NCBI GenBank assembly: GCA_002104905.1
Contig: MCFE01000371.1
Location: 1 to 64,000 of the forward strand
From: Basidiobolus meristosporus CBS 931.73
Lineage: Eukaryota > Fungi > Basidiobolomycota
Length of the DNA stretch: 64,000 nucleotides
Reading direction: 5' to 3'
Shown here: piece by piece, positions 59,801-64,000 of the stretch
How positions within the stretch are numbered: position 1 is the stretch's first letter
Layout of the letters: each line of letters begins with the position of its first letter
Made by a program: the position numbers and the translations under genes
Notes under the pieces: generated by a model
The model's input: the letters and a program-made list of their open reading frames with translations, nothing else
What the model was told of the DNA's origin: nothing
The model's database searches: none

Positions 59801-60814
59801 CTTTAAAGGTCAGTGTATGGCTTCCTTCACTGCTTCTTAGGTTTACTTGGATAGTTTCTTCTCCCACTGCATCAAGTGTTCTATTGTCACCCATGAAAAC
59901 CTTCTTAATTGGAATTTCTTAATATTGGGTAAAAAGTTCTTTTTGGAGTGTAAAGTGTTGAGAAGCTCCAGAGTCAATATACCACGTCTGAGAATCCTTG
60001 TTTGTGTCATATTTAGTGCAGATATGAATAGTCTATTTTCAGTTGTTGCAGCATTTCCATATTCAGGCTTCTTTTGCTGATTATCTTTCTTTTTGAGACA
60101 CCGGTCTGATGTGTGTCCTTTCCTTTTGCAGTAGTTACAAAACAGGTTGCTGTTGCCTTTGTAGGGTCTTGGGCACCTCCTTTGTTGGTTATCATTGCTT
60201 ATTAAAGCATTTTCTTCTTCCTTCTTATTGGCGCTTAATTTTCTCAATTCTTCATCTAGGGGCCTTCCATATATGTAATTTAAGGTCAAATCTTCAGTTC
60301 TGGACTCTAGGGCTGATACAAGGCCCTGAAGCTTGTCTGCCAGGCTATTCAGGATGATAACTATCACATCCTCATCAGTAGTTGGTACGCCCACAGATTC
60401 CATCTCATCTACCAGCAGGGTAACTCTGTTAATTAGATTTTTCATTTCTTCTTCTGGCAGCATCTTTGTAGTAAAGAATTTTCAACTCAGATACATTTTC
60501 ATGGCAGCTGAACATGACTGGTAAGTGTCTTCTAATGCCTTCCAGGCATTCTTTGCCGTTTTTGCTCTTTAGCATTGAATTAGCAATTTGTCCTTGACAT
60601 TAAGGCAAATGCAGTTAAAGGCAGTTTGTTCTTTCTTCTGGTACTTTAAGGCTTCCTCTCCCACATTTTTAGGAGGGCATTCTTCTCCCATGAAAATATC
60701 CCAAAGGCCTCTTTCTTGTAGCAGCATCTTCATCTTCACCTTCCACACTTGGTAGTTAGATCCATCCAACTTTTCAGCAGAGGGAAAAATTCCAGTAATA
60801 GCAGTAGTAGACAT
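56872..60814 (-). pseudogene. Copia Gag-Pol broken by frameshifts and a TGG-to-TAG stop (57961)
   Basis: KLDGSNYQVWK, CNYCKRKGHTSDRC, LWHRRFGH, IRSDNGGEY, KARLVAKGY, LYVDDLII, GYSDADW, KHIDIRHHFIRE. Confidence 0.94.
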
Positions 60815-60833
60815 TGCAGAGAGTGACAGCTTG

Positions 60834-60845
60834 GGGCTCATAACC
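60834..60845 (-). promoter_or_regulatory. Primer-binding site complementary to the anticodon arm of initiator tRNA-Met (half-tRNA priming type)
   Basis: GGTTATGAGCCC directly after the 5' LTR; complementary to GGGCTCATAACC of fungal tRNAi-Met; same type as copia and Ty5. Confidence 0.88.
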
Positions 60846-60996
60846 TGTTGTAAGAGTCTTGGAGATATTGGAAGTGATTGGGAGAACAATACAAATTTTT
60901 ACAACAAAATCCCACCTCAAACTCCCTGCATAAAAGCCATAGATATACTTTGTTGGCATTGGTGATCCATTTTGAAATAATTATTACCACAATATC

Positions 60997-61345
60997 TGTT
61001 ATAAAGATTTGTATTTCCACCTAAATATTCACATAGCTTAGTCACTTAGATCATTACCTTCAAATCCTAGAGAATACTGACCAAATTCCTTGTTGGGATT
61101 TACTTAGAATATTTTCACCAAAATACCAGGTACCCAGAACATGAGAATTCTCAAAGTTGTCCAAACAGCCCCAAACTTTGCACACATGCTATTGGGACCT
61201 TCCTTAACCTATTCTACATGTTTGTAATGCCAAGACCAGGTAAAAGTATAAATACTACTTTTACATTGAATATATCATTAAGTGAAAACCATATAATATA
61301 CTTGTTCTCCCAATCACTTCCAATATCTCCAAGACTCTTACAACA
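60997..61345 (+). mobile_element. Copia-family solo LTR
   Basis: 349 bp; TSD ATATC. Confidence 0.92.
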
Positions 61346-61556
61346 ATATCAGCATTTGACTCCCAATGCTTTCAGTGTACTCTGGGTAAAAATTGCTCTA
61401 GAAGGCCACCTGAATAAGTACATATCCAGCTCATCCAGCTCAGGTAGTTGTATTTTTGCTTATGTGTATCAATACCCTGCAAAGAATAATTGTGATGATC
61501 CTGTCAAAGGGCTGTCACAAAGCTTATATCTGGTAACTAAGAGGTGGTGATGTAAC

Positions 61557-61906
61557 TGTTGTAAGAGTCTTGGAGATATTGGAAGTGATTTGGGAGGACA
61601 AGTAGATTATGTGGTTTTCACTTAATGGTTTATTGAATGTAAAAGTGGTATTTATACTTTTACCTGGTCTTGGCATTACAAACACATAGAATAGGTTAAG
61701 GAAGGTCCCAAGAACATGTGTGCAAAGTTTGGGGCTGTTTGGACAACTTTGAGAATTTTCATGTTCTGGGTACCAGGTATTTTGGTGAAAATATTCCAAG
61801 TAAATCCCAACAAGAAATTTGTTCAGTATTCTCTAGGATTTGAGGGTACTGATCTAAGTGACTAAGTTAGGTGAATATTTAGGTGGAATTACAAATTTTT
61901 ACAACA
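61557..61906 (-). mobile_element. Copia-family solo LTR
   Basis: 350 bp; TSD GTAAC. Confidence 0.92.
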
Positions 61907-61927
61907 GTAACAAAGGCATCATGCAAA

Positions 61928-62274
61928 TGTTGTAAGAGTCTTGAAGATATTGTAAGTGACTTGTAGAACAAGAAGATTGTAGTTGTCACTTGATGACTTA
62001 TTGAATGTAAAGGTAGTGTTTATACTTTTACATGGTCTTGGTATAACAAACACATGGATTAGGTTTGGGAAGGTCCTAAGATCATGTGTGCAAAGCTTGG
62101 GGCTGTTTGGACAACTTTGAGAATCTTCATGTTCTGGGTACAAGATATTTAGGTGAAAGTATTCTTGGTGAGTCTCAATGAGGAATTTGGTCAGTATTCT
62201 CTAGGATTCAAAGGTAACAATTGAAGTGACTAATTGGGGTGAATATTTAGGTGGAGTTACAAACTTTTTCAACA
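61928..62274 (-). mobile_element. Copia-family solo LTR, diverged
   Basis: 347 bp; TSD GCAAA. Confidence 0.88.
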
Positions 62275-63635
62275 GCAAAGATCATTACAAAAAATCAAGC
62301 CCCAGATTTCCCAATGAACTTGTTCAATATTTATCATCACAACAGTATATTGGTGGCTATTGGTTGGTTCCCTGCTTATTCTCTCACTCACTTATCCCAG
62401 TCACTTGATCACATCCTACATTTGGGTACATTGATTGGCTATTGCCTATTTTTCATACTCATTACTTCCTGACTTAACTGACATGCTTACTTTTCATGCA
62501 TACAAATTGGCTCATTTCCTTTAAAACTCTAGTAGTATCTCAATTGCCAATTGTACTGGCCTATACAAGTCCCTATACCTAACACTTACTTTAATCCCAA
62601 CCTTACACTCAACAAGTAACCCCATTGAAATCCACCATTCAATAGGTATTTCTGTCAGAATGCCCTTTTCCATGACTTTGGCAGGAACCCTGTGGCTTTA
62701 TGGCATTGTTCATTCTCTAGTTCTCATACATCCTGGTCATCAGCCAGCACTGCAAAGTCTAGTGCCTGGTCTGTTAGTCTTTGCAGTAAATCCTTGCAAT
62801 ATTCACGTGCCTTTTCTTAAGAATTGGTCTTGAAGAATTGCAGCAACTGCTTGGTGTGCCTATTAATGTTCCAAAACTCCACTGTAGGCATTGTTATAGT
62901 CCTTGGAGTTCTTGATGTTGTTGCTTTGTCTGTCAGTGGGATCTCCACACCATCTGCAATAGAGGATGTTGAGGTAGTGGTAGACCAAGTATCTTTCTCT
63001 TCAAGCTCATCTACCTCACAGGAGTGTAGCTCATCTACATGCACTTCCAACTCTTGCGGACACTCAACTACATACACTTCCAACTCTTGTGAAAACAGCT
63101 GTTGTCTTGTTGGTAAATCTTCTTGGCTAGTATGAGATAGAGCATGTTCCAGGCAGAAAGCAATAGTTGGTAAAACCACAGCTTTTTTCTTATACCTCCC
63201 TGCCTCTGGCTTGAGTAGACTTTTGCCTGATTACATTGATCACTGCTAAACCTTTCACTGCTACTTTGACTGAGTGCATCTTGCATTGTACTGTGTTTTC
63301 TCCTAGATAAGTGCCAAAACAATGCATTTGCTTTTGCCTGCTTGTCCCTTATCAGCTACTCTTCTAGCTTCTTGATGTCTCTTTCCTGCTTGCTTTGCCT
63401 TTTCACCCTGCTTGTGACAGGCTGCTGAGAAAGCCACAGGTTCTTCTTCTGGCTATTGGTCCCATCTTTGCCACTTGTTTGGAGCTTTCAGCCCTGCCTG
63501 TGAGAAGCTCTTGAGGAAGCTGCTGGCTTTTAGCCATGGTGCCCTTGTTCTTCTGCCATTAATAGTGTCTGCTATTATTGAGATACTTTCTAAGCATACC
63601 AATGTTGACCAAAAGTCTACTTGCTTACTGGCAGC

Positions 63636-63979
63636 TGATGTGAAAATTTGTAATTGCACCAAAATATACACCCAACTTAGTCAGATCATTACCTACAAAT
63701 CTTATGAAATACCAACCAAATTCCTTGTTGAGATTTACTTGGAATACCTTCACCAAAACACCAGGTACCCAGAAAATGAAAATTCACAAAGCTGTCCATC
63801 AGCTCCCAACTTTACACACATCTTCTTGGGCCCTACCTAAGCCTATTATACATATTTGTTGTATCAACAAAATGTAAAATTATAAAATCTACTTTTACAT
63901 TGTAGAAATCATTAAGTCAGGGCCACATAATCTACTTGTTCTCCTAATCATTTCCAGTATCTCCTAAACTCCAACAACA
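63636..63979 (+). mobile_element. Copia-family solo LTR, most diverged
   Basis: 344 bp; TGATGTGAAAATTTG...CAACAACA; TSD GCAGC. Confidence 0.82.
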
Positions 63980-64000
63980 GCAGCAAGGATGATGTTCATG

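Larger units (their letters stand above)
56512..60906 (-). mobile_element. Full-extent Ty1/Copia retrotransposon, decayed
   Basis: TSD AAATC at 56507-56511 and 60907-60911; 3' LTR 56512-56860; internally deleted 5' LTR 60846-60906; gag-PR-IN-RT-RH order. Confidence 0.96.

Noticed and set aside
62300-63630. Glu/Ser-rich ORFs (62817-63179, 62824-63135) as host genes
   Set aside because: CpG-depleted, stop-riddled context between solo LTRs; more likely decayed repeat sequence

Overview
Eukaryotic genomic DNA, probably from an early-diverging fungus (inference from short GT-AG introns with CTAAC/CTGAC branch sites, a division-2 chitin synthase, Cdc24 and Cla4). It has four zones. (1) 1-12548: a tandem array of a 3488-bp unit carrying ten different tRNA genes (two full units, one partial, then an inverted partial copy). 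(2) 12549-21221: two near-identical Ty3/Gypsy elements joined head-to-head in gag. Their 3' LTRs end 11 bp upstream of tRNA-Glu and 6 bp upstream of a 5S rRNA gene. (3) 21228-31200: 5S rRNA plus eight more tRNA genes, then CpG-depleted retroelement relics. These include a duplicate of part of the tRNA cluster in which all 17 alignable CpGs became TpG/CpA, and two more LTRs each 10 bp upstream of a tRNA. (4) 31378-53688: a CpG-rich host gene island (Pumilio/Puf3, an orphan secreted Pro-rich protein, Cdc24, a chitin synthase lacking QRRRW, Ape4, a Zrg17-like zinc transporter, V-ATPase subunit f, Sld1 desaturase, Cla4), followed by a decayed Ty1/Copia element and four of its solo LTRs. The best candidate for a new system is Pol III-gene-targeted Gypsy retrotransposition by an element with an almost CpG-free open ORF, in a genome that erases CpG from repeats. 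Both inversion junctions (about 9.95 kb and 16.9 kb) are noisy and may be assembly chimeras. All counts and alignments were done by eye.
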